A stretch of 64,000 nt of DNA from positions 42,522-106,521 of IMG/VR virus record IMGVR_UViG_3300013901_000008, one strand, 5' to 3'. The position numbers were made by a program, and so were the translations under genes. Position 1 is the stretch's first letter. Every line of letters starts with the position of its first letter. The notes below the pieces were generated by a model. The model made no database searches. It saw only the letters and a list, made by a program, of their open reading frames with translations, and was not told the DNA's origin. Shown here in pieces: positions 29,573 through 38,482 of this stretch. This stretch comes from a virus. Taxonomy: Duplodnaviria > Caudoviricetes.

Positions 29573-30007
29573 ATGATTATGAACAAAAGAACGTTTCCGG
29601 CTAATATCATAGCCACGCTTGCAGTAGGCTCTTCCACCACTGCACCTTATTACGACATCAATATCACACAACAGCTTTGCGTTCCGGCATGTGCGGACGA
29701 GACTCCTGTCTTTGCGCCTAAGTTTACCATCAAAAGTATTGCCAATGTTGGAACCTCGCAATACCTTGTTGTGTTGCATGTAGAGGGAGTTATCAGTTAT
29801 GTACCTTGCGGCTGTGGCTCTTGTTGCACTCGCTCGCAGGTGGTGAGCCAGGACTTTACGATACCAGTCTTTAGCGCAACCGCTATTAGCGGCATCACTG
29901 CATCGGTGGGTAGCATACAGAATGGTATCGCAAAAGTGTCTTGCCAGTCATGCAGTAAGACCTTTGTGTGCGATGCGCCTCTCACGCTCACGATTGCCAC
30001 GGCGTAA
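29573..30007 (+). CDS. Cys-rich beta-sandwich protein (SPOCS/DUF3794-like pattern)
   Basis: 9 Cys; VVLHVEGVISYVPCGCGSCC...QDFTIPV resembles the SPOCS strand pattern (by eye). Confidence 0.6.
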   Translation: MIMNKRTFPANIIATLAVGSSTTAPYYDINITQQLCVPACADETPVFAPKFTIKSIANVGTSQYLVVLHVEGVISYVPCGCGSCCTRSQVVSQDFTIPVFSATAISGITASVGSIQNGIAKVSCQSCSKTFVCDAPLTLTIATA

Positions 30008-30025
30008 CGTAAAGTTCCCCTTGCG

Positions 30026-30376
30026 ATGATGATGTATCTGTTTGTAGCCATCGCTATGATGATGGCGGCTACCCTTATTCAACACCTTGGTTTGGCAGAA
30101 GCGATAACCGAGATATTGGTTAAGGTGTTAAGCAAGGTTGCAAGTTGTAATCAATGTTTTACGTTTTGGTTGTCGCTTGCAGCTTTGCTTTGCGAGGGTT
30201 GTACTATAGTCTGGGCTATCGCTCTTGCAATCCTCATGGCTTATTTGTCTAATTGGTTTGTCTTGTTGTTGATGATCCTTCAAAGGTTGTTCTCCAAGAT
30301 ATATAATCGGGAAAAAGAATATGAGCAAGAAAGAAAATACGAACGAAAGAAAGTTGAAAGAAAGAAAGCAGGATGA
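30026..30376 (+). CDS. Membrane protein with CxxCxxFW motif (DUF1360-like)
   Basis: About three hydrophobic helices; SCNQCFTFW and LCEGC. Confidence 0.65.
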   Translation: MMMYLFVAIAMMMAATLIQHLGLAEAITEILVKVLSKVASCNQCFTFWLSLAALLCEGCTIVWAIALAILMAYLSNWFVLLLMILQRLFSKIYNREKEYEQERKYERKKVERKKAG

Positions 30377-30461
30377 AGTTTCTTTCTTTCAGCCTTTGGG
30401 TAAGTATCAAACATTGATACCTGTCATTCCTCATTTCAAGGGCATCTGCCCGAATTGTTGA
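30321..30461 (+). CDS. Small protein (46 aa) ending in CPNC, not in the ORF track
   Basis: MSKKENTNERKLKERKQDEVSFFQPLGKYQTLIPVIPHFKGICPNC*; fills the gap between operon genes. Confidence 0.55.
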   Translation: MSKKENTNERKLKERKQDEVSFFQPLGKYQTLIPVIPHFKGICPNC

Positions 30462-30491
30462 ACTTTTGTGATATAAAATGTAGAAGAAAAC

Positions 30492-30992
30492 ATGAGATAT
30501 ATTCAGTTGATAGAACAGGCTCGCTTGCATGGCGTTACTTCAGAAAAGAAAATGTGGGCAGCCATCGAACAAATGTCTTGCGACTTGATGGTTCTTGAGA
30601 ACGACCATTCAGAGTTGTATTGGCAAATATTAAGAAATCAGCACGCCATTCTTTACGACCGCCATTACAGCGAGAAGTTTGCTAACCATGATGTAAATCG
30701 CCTTGTACATAGCAAACTCAATGGCAAGGGAGAGTCTGTAGGTATGGGTGCGCATTGGACGAAATCGGAGATAGTGGATGCTACCAAGGGAATGCAATTC
30801 CACGAAAAAGTGAACGATTGGGATAAGTATGTAGCATTTAATGCTATGTATGCAGACCTTTGCGCCGATATGACCGATGAAGAGATTATCAAGGCGGCTT
30901 ATCTTTTCTATTTTCATGATGCAGACTGGCAACCATCGGAGGATGATTGCACCAAGGTTTGGGATTACATGAGTAGTCATGCCAAGATGTAA
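30492..30992 (+). CDS. Conserved gut-phage hypothetical protein (GAHWT...WDKYVAFNAMYAD...D.D...KVWDY)
   Basis: 166 aa ORF, last gene of the operon. Confidence 0.75.
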   Translation: MRYIQLIEQARLHGVTSEKKMWAAIEQMSCDLMVLENDHSELYWQILRNQHAILYDRHYSEKFANHDVNRLVHSKLNGKGESVGMGAHWTKSEIVDATKGMQFHEKVNDWDKYVAFNAMYADLCADMTDEEIIKAAYLFYFHDADWQPSEDDCTKVWDYMSSHAKM

Positions 30993-31044
30993 GGTAAGGA
31001 AAGTGTTCAGGATAACTTGTAATTTTAAGATTGATGTTTATATT

Positions 31045-31083
31045 GAAGCCTCTTTGCGCCTATGGTAGCCGCAAAGGGGCTTC
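31045..31083 (+). terminator. Hairpin closing the LysR-linked operon
   Basis: GAAGCCTCTTTGCG / CGCAAAGGGGCTTC stem. Confidence 0.6.
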
Positions 31084-31089
31084 CACTGT

Positions 31090-31126
31090 TTTGTCCCCAC
31101 TAAAAAAATCCTTTTTTCTATCTTTG
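31090..31126 (+). promoter_or_regulatory. Putative late-type promoter for the lysin/portal/tail operon
   Basis: TTTGTCCC 31090-31097, N21, TATCTTTG 31119-31126. Confidence 0.75.
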
Positions 31127-31153
31127 CATCATCAATACAAAAAATATAAGATT

Positions 31154-31708
31154 ATGGCAAAAATAGAACCAATCGCAAAATTCATTCTCTCCTTTGAGGG
31201 AGGTTTCGTCAACGACCCGAAAGACAAGGGTGGTGCGACCAATAAAGGCGTAACCATCGCCACCTGGCGTATGCAAGGCTATGACAAGGATGGCGACGGC
31301 GACATCGACGTGGATGATTTGAAGCTCATCACCGATGCCGATGCCACCGAAGTTATGCGCCGCTGTTATTGGAAGCGATGGCGTGCGGACGAAATCAAGA
31401 ACCAGAGTATTGCCAACCTACTTGTGGATTGGATTTGGTGCAGCGGAACGCCATCTATCACCATCACCCAGTCGATGCTTGGGCTGAAAGCAGATGGCAT
31501 CCCTGGTAAGCAGACGATTGCGGCTATCAATCGGCAGAACCCTAAGACGTTCTTCAATCGCTTGAAGGCTCGCCGTAAGCAATTCTATGAGGGCATTGTA
31601 AAGAACAATCCTTCGCAAAAAAGATTCATCAATGGTTGGTTGCGAAGACTCGAAGCTATCAAGTATGGCTCGCTTGTTACCAATAGAGGCACTATCATAA
31701 AGTGCTAA
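31154..31708 (+). CDS. Endolysin, glycoside hydrolase family 108 with PG-binding domain
   Basis: FEGGFVNDPKDKGGATNKGVT catalytic motif; C-terminal RFINGWLRRL; start moved to ATG 31154. Confidence 0.92.
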   Translation: MAKIEPIAKFILSFEGGFVNDPKDKGGATNKGVTIATWRMQGYDKDGDGDIDVDDLKLITDADATEVMRRCYWKRWRADEIKNQSIANLLVDWIWCSGTPSITITQSMLGLKADGIPGKQTIAAINRQNPKTFFNRLKARRKQFYEGIVKNNPSQKRFINGWLRRLEAIKYGSLVTNRGTIIKC

Positions 31709-31717
31709 GGTAGCAAT

Positions 31718-31810
31718 GTACGAATATACAAACACATAAAAGCACTAACGTACAAAAGCATAAACGTACAGAAGTACTGAAGTACTAACGTACAAAAATA
31801 TTAAAGTATC
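31718..31810. repeat. Degenerate short tandem repeats (AACGTACA / AAGTACT / AAAGCA)
   Basis: Intergenic low-complexity array. Confidence 0.6.
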
Positions 31811-31816
31811 AATACA

Positions 31817-32908
31817 ATGGCATTACCTACAGGCAGTAAGATGCAAGCACCTTTTGATTCCCGACGTATCGACCTCAATCTTCCGAAGCATTGGAATGGT
31901 TGCAGCCGAGAGCAACTGGAAATAATAGCCGATATATTCCGCGACCAAGTGGAGCGAGAAGACCGGTACCATCCTTTCTCCATGGAGAATGTGAAGCTGG
32001 CGGCATTCTTCCTTTTGGCTAACTTGGAGATACTCGCCTACCCCGACACCCGATTGCCACAAGACGAGCAATTCTATCTCTGTAGAGTTGTTACTCCTGC
32101 GGATAAGAATCACCCTACCGATGATTCCTTCCCTCTCTACCTTTGGCAAATCAACTACTGGCTGTCTCCGAAGGCAAAGACCGACAACAAGCAATCGGCT
32201 GAATACATTGCCCATGGTGCCGACATCTTGGGATGGATGGATAGCAAGAACGGAATGTTCCTTACTTGGTTCCCATACGATGAGATAAGCCGCAAGAAGC
32301 AAGGTGCAGGTATCTTCGCAAAGAAAAAGCGATTCCGTGGCCCGCGAACGGATCTTGATGGTTTCTCCTGGGCACAATATCGTTTTGCATCGGATATGAT
32401 GGGTACCTACACCCAACTTAGCAACTCTCTCATCAAGATGCAACAGATGAAAAAATTCACCCCAGAGCAGATAGAGAAGCAAGCCAAGAACGTAGAACTT
32501 GCCAAGGCGATGTTCCTGGCAGTTATCTTCAATGGCGAGGTGAAGTATTTAGATGCCAATTCGGGATTGGTGCGCAAAGGTTTTCATTACGACAGCCTGC
32601 AATGCACCGAGAATGCCGACTACTTCAAGGGATTTCCCGAAAACCAATGGCAGGTTATCTTGTTTTGGTGGACGGGTACCATGCACGTTCTTAGCAAGCG
32701 ATTCCCTCACGTCTTCAAGGTGCAGCCTACCAAAAAGCAGAAGCCAAGCGCACCTTTGGAGATTTACACCGCCACCACTGCCACGATGCAGAAGTATGCA
32801 GGGCTGACCGAAGACCAGGTGAACAACCAAAGTTACTCCTTGGTACTCGAACACCTGGAACGCCTATCCAAGGAAAACGAGGAGATGGAGAAAATGAGAC
32901 GTAAATAG
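31817..32908 (+). CDS. Hypothetical virion-assembly protein
   Basis: 363 aa with N-terminal LPKHWN...EQL motif; sits between lysin and portal. Confidence 0.6.
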   Translation: MALPTGSKMQAPFDSRRIDLNLPKHWNGCSREQLEIIADIFRDQVEREDRYHPFSMENVKLAAFFLLANLEILAYPDTRLPQDEQFYLCRVVTPADKNHPTDDSFPLYLWQINYWLSPKAKTDNKQSAEYIAHGADILGWMDSKNGMFLTWFPYDEISRKKQGAGIFAKKKRFRGPRTDLDGFSWAQYRFASDMMGTYTQLSNSLIKMQQMKKFTPEQIEKQAKNVELAKAMFLAVIFNGEVKYLDANSGLVRKGFHYDSLQCTENADYFKGFPENQWQVILFWWTGTMHVLSKRFPHVFKVQPTKKQKPSAPLEIYTATTATMQKYAGLTEDQVNNQSYSLVLEHLERLSKENEEMEKMRRK

Positions 32909-32948
32909 ATATAAATATTCAGGATAACATTTAAAAAAGTAAAACGCT

Positions 32949-34772
32949 ATGACAAGAAAAAACAGAGTCACAAACTTGCGGCAGTTCCAACATCGTAGTG
33001 AGGAACTCAAGCGAGAAGGCTATGTAGCCGTGCGCCCTGATGCCTACGTGTCGCCCAAGAACGGCGGCTGCAAGGTATTCTCTTGGAATGACTACGTTCG
33101 CTCCATGCTCCTTAGCGAGGCCGGCATGAGTGCCAGCAGTGCATCGGGCGAGGGCAGCGCAGCTCGGCAGCAGGTATCTACCATCTTCGCATCGAGCGGA
33201 GGCGAAAGCCTGTCAAAGCCAAAGGATGTTGGCACACCCGACCTTGGCTACATGGAATGGGGATTCGGCAACCGCAAACCTAACATCGTATGGTTGCTTA
33301 CTCGTATGTCGCCATTCACTGCGGCTGGCTACGATTTCATCAAGAAAATCTTGGTGGGTCGCGGTCCTATGCCTAAGTATCACTATACACAATATGTGGG
33401 TGGCAACATCACGGAGAAGTATATCCCCTACGAGACGGCAGGCGTGTTGCTTCGCGGTCGTATCGCCGAGTTGAAGGCGCAGGAGGAAAAGGCTAAGTTG
33501 GAACGTCAGCAAGCCGAGCAAGCGCAGCAGAACCAGCAACAGGGTGAATCTGATAATACTTCAGAAGAAAAGCCTATATCTCTTAACCTTTCCTATCCTG
33601 CCCAGGATGAAGAGGATTCCGATGAGATGAAATCTCTTAAAGAGGATTTGAAGAAATGGGAAGAGACGAATGCCTGGGTTCGTCAATTCATCGACGATAA
33701 CGACTTGATGCAGACTTACCTCAATATGGCTGGCGATATGGCTCTGATGTCGCAGTGTTTTGCAGAGATCCAGTTGAACCAACGTCAGTTGGGCGATAAT
33801 GGCAAACCAGTAGATACAGCCAACTGGAAGCCAAAGGCAATCGGGCTAAAACATCGCAGTATCTTTACTACCCGACTGGAGCGACAAGATAGCAAGTATC
33901 GCATCAACTATGCGTACATTTCTAATCAATGGCTCGATGCCACCCAGTCTGCCAACACCCTCAAAGAGGAAGACCGAAAAATATCTGCCTTGCCTTTCTT
34001 GCAATCCACATCGGCTGTAAAAGACTTGCAGCGATACATTAGGGAGGCGAGACAGAAGCGAGTGAGCGTAAAGAAACGCCCTACCCGATTCATCATGTCG
34101 CCAAGAGATTATGGTGGCCCATACTATGCCGATGCTTCTTGGCACTCCATCTTTGCCGGCAGTATCTTTGAGTATGCTTTCACCATCGTGGATGATAGAC
34201 TCACGAGAAAGCGCAACAGCAACATCATCGGTCGAGTTATCTACATTCACCAAGACTACATCAACAAGCTCTATCAGCAGCAAGGCGAGAGCAAGAAGAA
34301 GACCATTGGCGAGATTCAGAACGAAATCTTCACATCCATCAATACATGGCTCGCCAATCCCGACAATGCAGGTCAAGCCCTCGTCTCTTCCGCCTTCACG
34401 GGTAGCGACGGTAAGGAGCACAAGGCTTGGGAAATCGTGGAAATCGAAAGCAAGGCCAACGACCAAGCGAATGCCGACAAGACCGAGTTGCAGGAGATTT
34501 CGAGCATCATCTTCTTTGCCATGGGTCTTGATGCCAAGCTTATCGGCAACACGCCTGGCGACACGGCTTCATCGGGTGGTACCGACCTTAGAGAGCGATT
34601 CTTGGTTAAGCAAATCCAGTTTGCTCCTATGCAGCAAGCGATGCTGAGACCGCTGGAGGTTATCTCCCGATTCAACGAGTGGGATGAGCATCTCGTTTGG
34701 CAGATAGACAGAGAGGTGCTGACTACCCTCGATAACTCGAAAACTGGAGTAGCAAAGCAGGGACAGGAGTAA
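32949..34772 (+). CDS. Portal protein
   Basis: 607 aa; Y.EWG..N..PN, PYY...W.SIF, NAG, I.FAMGLD..LIG.TPG..SGGTDLRE and LTTLD motifs of Bacteroidetes phage portals. Confidence 0.82.
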   Translation: MTRKNRVTNLRQFQHRSEELKREGYVAVRPDAYVSPKNGGCKVFSWNDYVRSMLLSEAGMSASSASGEGSAARQQVSTIFASSGGESLSKPKDVGTPDLGYMEWGFGNRKPNIVWLLTRMSPFTAAGYDFIKKILVGRGPMPKYHYTQYVGGNITEKYIPYETAGVLLRGRIAELKAQEEKAKLERQQAEQAQQNQQQGESDNTSEEKPISLNLSYPAQDEEDSDEMKSLKEDLKKWEETNAWVRQFIDDNDLMQTYLNMAGDMALMSQCFAEIQLNQRQLGDNGKPVDTANWKPKAIGLKHRSIFTTRLERQDSKYRINYAYISNQWLDATQSANTLKEEDRKISALPFLQSTSAVKDLQRYIREARQKRVSVKKRPTRFIMSPRDYGGPYYADASWHSIFAGSIFEYAFTIVDDRLTRKRNSNIIGRVIYIHQDYINKLYQQQGESKKKTIGEIQNEIFTSINTWLANPDNAGQALVSSAFTGSDGKEHKAWEIVEIESKANDQANADKTELQEISSIIFFAMGLDAKLIGNTPGDTASSGGTDLRERFLVKQIQFAPMQQAMLRPLEVISRFNEWDEHLVWQIDREVLTTLDNSKTGVAKQGQE

Positions 34773-34781
34773 GGGTATGTT

Positions 34782-35035
34782 TTAGCCGATTTCTTCAAAT
34801 CGGTTAACCGATTTCATCAAATTGGTTAACCCTTTTGATAAAATCGGTTAGCCGTTTGAAAAATGAGGCAGAAAACTCGACGAAAACTATACCTATCTTT
34901 TTCGGAAACTATACCTATGGTTTTAGAAAGTGATACCTATACTTTTTTACAACAATGCCCATTCCTGATATATAACAATGCCCATTGTATGAAGGCAACA
35001 ATGCCCATTGTATGAAGGCAACAATGCCCATTCCT
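34782..35035. repeat. Three consecutive 22/22/23-bp-period repeat arrays
   Basis: TTA(A/G)CC at 34782/34804/34826/34848; ATACCTAT at 34889/34911/34933; AACAATGCCCATT at 34951/34974/34997/35020. Confidence 0.85.
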
Positions 35036-35092
35036 ATATGGATGGTATGGCAATACTATATAATGTTTCAAAGAACAAAAATATAAAAAGAT

Positions 35093-36343
35093 ATGATACT
35101 CTTCACAAATCAAGAACTTCGGCTTCACCTCCCCAGCAACGCTGTGGACGAGGTGGCTAACTTGCAGGGTATGCTCGATAATAGTGAAAAAGATTTCTTG
35201 AAGCCTCGCTTGGGTGAATCGCTCTACAATCGCTTGTGCGAATATTACAGAGGCATAGAGCCATCTGATTTTTGCGACGCTGTTATCAACGGCGATTATG
35301 ACAAAAACCCATGGAACGAGGTCTTACTGTATGCCCAGCGCATGATCGTAAACGATGCGATGGCGAAAAACATCGAAAAGCAACTTCTTTCGATGAATGG
35401 CACTGGCATCAATGTGGCTTCGAGTAACGACTATTCTGTGGCAACCGATAAGCAGATAGCCCAGGGCAAGGAAAGTTATCGCGAGACTGCGATGATTTCT
35501 CTCAATAACTTGCTATCTCTCTTGGAGGGATGGGCAAAGAAAATCAATACCCCAATGGAGATTGATACCTTATCGGGCGATAACACATCTTTAAGTGATA
35601 GCGCATCTGGTGATACAGAAACATCTGATAGCGCAGGTTCTTCCGATAACGCTGGCTCTTCGGATAACACTGGCTCATCTGATGATACAGGTTCTTCCGA
35701 TAACACTGGTTCTTCTGATGAAACCGAGGCGGATAAACTGCAAGCCATCGGCGAGATAGTCTTACTGTGGGAAGAAAGCAAGTACTATTATTATCATTCA
35801 GACTTGCTCTTCCCTACCTGCGAGAGCTTGCAGCCGTACCTCGATATTTACGACAATCGAGACAAGTTTGTTCGCTTGATTCCCGATATGCGATTCATCC
35901 AGAGCGAATATCTGGAAGAGGCATTTGGCGAAGACTTCATCCCTCGCCTTCTGCAAGCAAGCGAAGACGATAAGCTTCTGAAGAAAGCCCGTCAACTCAT
36001 AGCCGCATATCTCAAAGAAAGAACGTCGGTTATCAATTTCGATAAGCTGGCTCGTTCTACTGCCCACAATGATGCCATTACCGTAAGGGAAAGCATTCAT
36101 CGCTTACTAAAGAAAGAGGAAGTCGAGAAGCAAGCTGCACTCGATGCAGCCAACGGCGGAAGCGATGGTACCAACACTGGAAACAACTCTGGAGCAAGCG
36201 GCTCTTCCGCATCGACGAGTAACTCCTCCTGTAGTTCATCGTCGGCTTCATCGCCTGGTTCATCATCGGGCGATAATGGCAACGAGGGCTATCAGAACAA
36301 CCAAGCTGGCTCCCGAATATTCGTAACCCCTATCCTGTGCTGA
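35093..36343 (+). CDS. Putative head-tail connector (DUF6712-like) with Ser/Gly/Asp insertions
   Basis: Follows the portal; FLKPRLGESLY and duplicated helical halves; SSDNTG-type repeats at about 35620-35720. Confidence 0.6.
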   Translation: MILFTNQELRLHLPSNAVDEVANLQGMLDNSEKDFLKPRLGESLYNRLCEYYRGIEPSDFCDAVINGDYDKNPWNEVLLYAQRMIVNDAMAKNIEKQLLSMNGTGINVASSNDYSVATDKQIAQGKESYRETAMISLNNLLSLLEGWAKKINTPMEIDTLSGDNTSLSDSASGDTETSDSAGSSDNAGSSDNTGSSDDTGSSDNTGSSDETEADKLQAIGEIVLLWEESKYYYYHSDLLFPTCESLQPYLDIYDNRDKFVRLIPDMRFIQSEYLEEAFGEDFIPRLLQASEDDKLLKKARQLIAAYLKERTSVINFDKLARSTAHNDAITVRESIHRLLKKEEVEKQAALDAANGGSDGTNTGNNSGASGSSASTSNSSCSSSSASSPGSSSGDNGNEGYQNNQAGSRIFVTPILC

Positions 36344-36638
36344 TGTATGATTAAATTCTCGGCATCGGTACACCCCATAAGCCACCGAAAGGAGTGGCAA
36401 AATTGGGGGGGTAAGGTACCCGCCCTAAGAGCTACGGATTATAAATGTCCGCATTGCATTTTGTATGAATACTCATAGGTTTCGTAAAAATGCACGTAGC
36501 GAAAAAGGCTTGTTTTCGATTTAATGTCGTTTTGGGCGTATTCAAAACCGCTTTATCTGCCATTAATCGGAAATCAAGCCGAAATCGGGTAAATATTATC
36601 TTTAAATTTCAAATAAGCAAAAAAAAATAAAAGGATTT

Positions 36639-37799
36639 ATGGAAAATAACATTTTATCAGCCGAACAAATCGTTCAGATTCTTGCCCCTGCAATAGGAGC
36701 GAGAATGCTTACTTCAGAACAGCGAGAAGCATTCGAGCAAGGTCTTAATCTCCTGAATGGTACCACCAAGGCAAACTCCTTCGTAAAGGATGCTCGCCGA
36801 TTCAGAGATTATCATCGCCGTGTTCGTCAGATGGTAACTTACTTGCAAACCACCGACCTCACTGGCGGCACAGGCTCATCTGCAAGTAATGGTAGCGATA
36901 AGCGACGTGTGGGCAGACCTACCAAGGAGGAGCAGGCTGCCTATATCGAGCAGCAGAAACAGAAAGCCTTGGAAGAGGCAAAACAATCCATCTTCCCAGA
37001 GCTGAAGCCGGACACATCCGTCCAACAGCTCACCTATAATGGTATCGTGGCTAACCCTAACGGAGACAGTATCGCTGCCACCATGCCTAACTTGATGCAA
37101 ATCCGTCCGTTCCTTACCCCAGCCCTACAAGAGCGCATCAACACCGTGCGTGACCTTCGTAACGAAATGGCAAGCAAGGCAGAGCAGGCTAAGACCATGG
37201 CAGAGGCAAACGAGAAAGCTATCTCTCAGGGTAAGGAGGCTATCTATACAGAGGATGAAATCGCAGAACTCGCGACTCGTGCCACCGAGATAGAGAGCAA
37301 CATCTTGCCTTCCATCTATACCGATGTGGATAGAGAGATGGGAGAATGCTACCTTCGCTTGAGCGAGAAGACTGGCGACCCAGAATACATTAACTACGTA
37401 AAGAAAACCTTTACCGTAGAGCCGCAGGAACTTCGTACCCAATTCAAGCCTTTCTTCGAGAAGGCGCAGAGCAGAGACCCTCGTTTTGCGGATGCCATCG
37501 CCGAAAAGATAGCCAACGACCGACCAGAGGTTAAGGCAAAGCGCGATGCCGAAGCCAAGCACAAGGCAGAAGCCGATGCTCTTATCAAGTACATCATGCG
37601 CAAGGATAAGCCATCTTCTCAAACGAGAGTGAAGGGTATCAAGGAGCGCATCGACCAGCTTAGACAGAAATATTCCGACATCGTAAGTGAGGATGAGTTG
37701 GCGGGATATGAAGCTATCCTTACCAAGACGATTGAGGAAGCCGAGGTAGGTACATCTTCAGATGCGCCTGCGCAGCCAGTTAAGAAAGAAAAAGTATAA
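36639..37799 (+). CDS. Hypothetical helical protein
   Basis: 386 aa ORF with RRVGRPTKEE motif. Confidence 0.75.
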   Translation: MENNILSAEQIVQILAPAIGARMLTSEQREAFEQGLNLLNGTTKANSFVKDARRFRDYHRRVRQMVTYLQTTDLTGGTGSSASNGSDKRRVGRPTKEEQAAYIEQQKQKALEEAKQSIFPELKPDTSVQQLTYNGIVANPNGDSIAATMPNLMQIRPFLTPALQERINTVRDLRNEMASKAEQAKTMAEANEKAISQGKEAIYTEDEIAELATRATEIESNILPSIYTDVDREMGECYLRLSEKTGDPEYINYVKKTFTVEPQELRTQFKPFFEKAQSRDPRFADAIAEKIANDRPEVKAKRDAEAKHKAEADALIKYIMRKDKPSSQTRVKGIKERIDQLRQKYSDIVSEDELAGYEAILTKTIEEAEVGTSSDAPAQPVKKEKV

Positions 37800-37816
37800 G
37801 CTATTTTTACAAGAAT

Positions 37817-38461
37817 ATGACCGAGACGAAAGAAGAAAAGGCTCTTCGCTTCAAGCAGCTTTGTATTAGCATCCTTGCCCAGAGCGGCAACTGCCAAGAC
37901 TCGCAGCGAGACTTTGGCAAGGTTTCGAGCATCAAGGATATGTGCGATACCTGGCACAAGTATTGGCATGGCATGATAACCGAGGTACCACAACAGGTAG
38001 TGCAAGCCTTCAAGGATTTCTATCCCGACTTCAAGGCAGAAATCAATGCGGCTGGCATCTTCTACAATGAGGATTCTCGAACAGGCTACGTGTTGGTGGG
38101 TGATAGCGACGAACCTATTCATCTTTCGTTCGCTCATACAGCCTATGTGCTGGGCCAGGCTCATGTGGTATTGCACCTACAAGCATCTGCCTTGGCGATG
38201 AATCCTGATTGCAAAATAGAATTACTCGACAACAGCCGAGCCACCATCAAGGATGGGTATGCCATCGCCAAAGGTTACTCCCAACTCACTACTGGCAGCG
38301 ATGCAGAATGCAGCGAGCACGCCGTGGTACGTATCACGAATGGTACCTTGCGCGACCGAGGGCATAATGCCATCTATGCTTACGGCAAGGCGACCATCAA
38401 TAGCTTCACATCTCGCCTTATCACATTGTACGACGAAGCGAAGTTGAATATCAAGAAATAA
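37817..38461 (+). CDS. Hypothetical protein with C-terminal beta-solenoid-like repeats
   Basis: 214 aa; repeated A-x-V/I short strands. Confidence 0.7.
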   Translation: MTETKEEKALRFKQLCISILAQSGNCQDSQRDFGKVSSIKDMCDTWHKYWHGMITEVPQQVVQAFKDFYPDFKAEINAAGIFYNEDSRTGYVLVGDSDEPIHLSFAHTAYVLGQAHVVLHLQASALAMNPDCKIELLDNSRATIKDGYAIAKGYSQLTTGSDAECSEHAVVRITNGTLRDRGHNAIYAYGKATINSFTSRLITLYDEAKLNIKK

Positions 38462-38482
38462 CTCTTTAAGTTTTAGACTCAA

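Noticed and set aside
34782-35035. CRISPR array
   Set aside because: Period is only 22-23 bp, the spacers are about 10 bp and partly identical, and there are no cas genes
36361-36424. c-di-GMP-I riboswitch, hammerhead ribozyme or tRNA
   Set aside because: It has a GAAA-capped stem but lacks the GGCAAA/GACGCAAAGC elements, the CUGANGA core and a T-loop/cloverleaf
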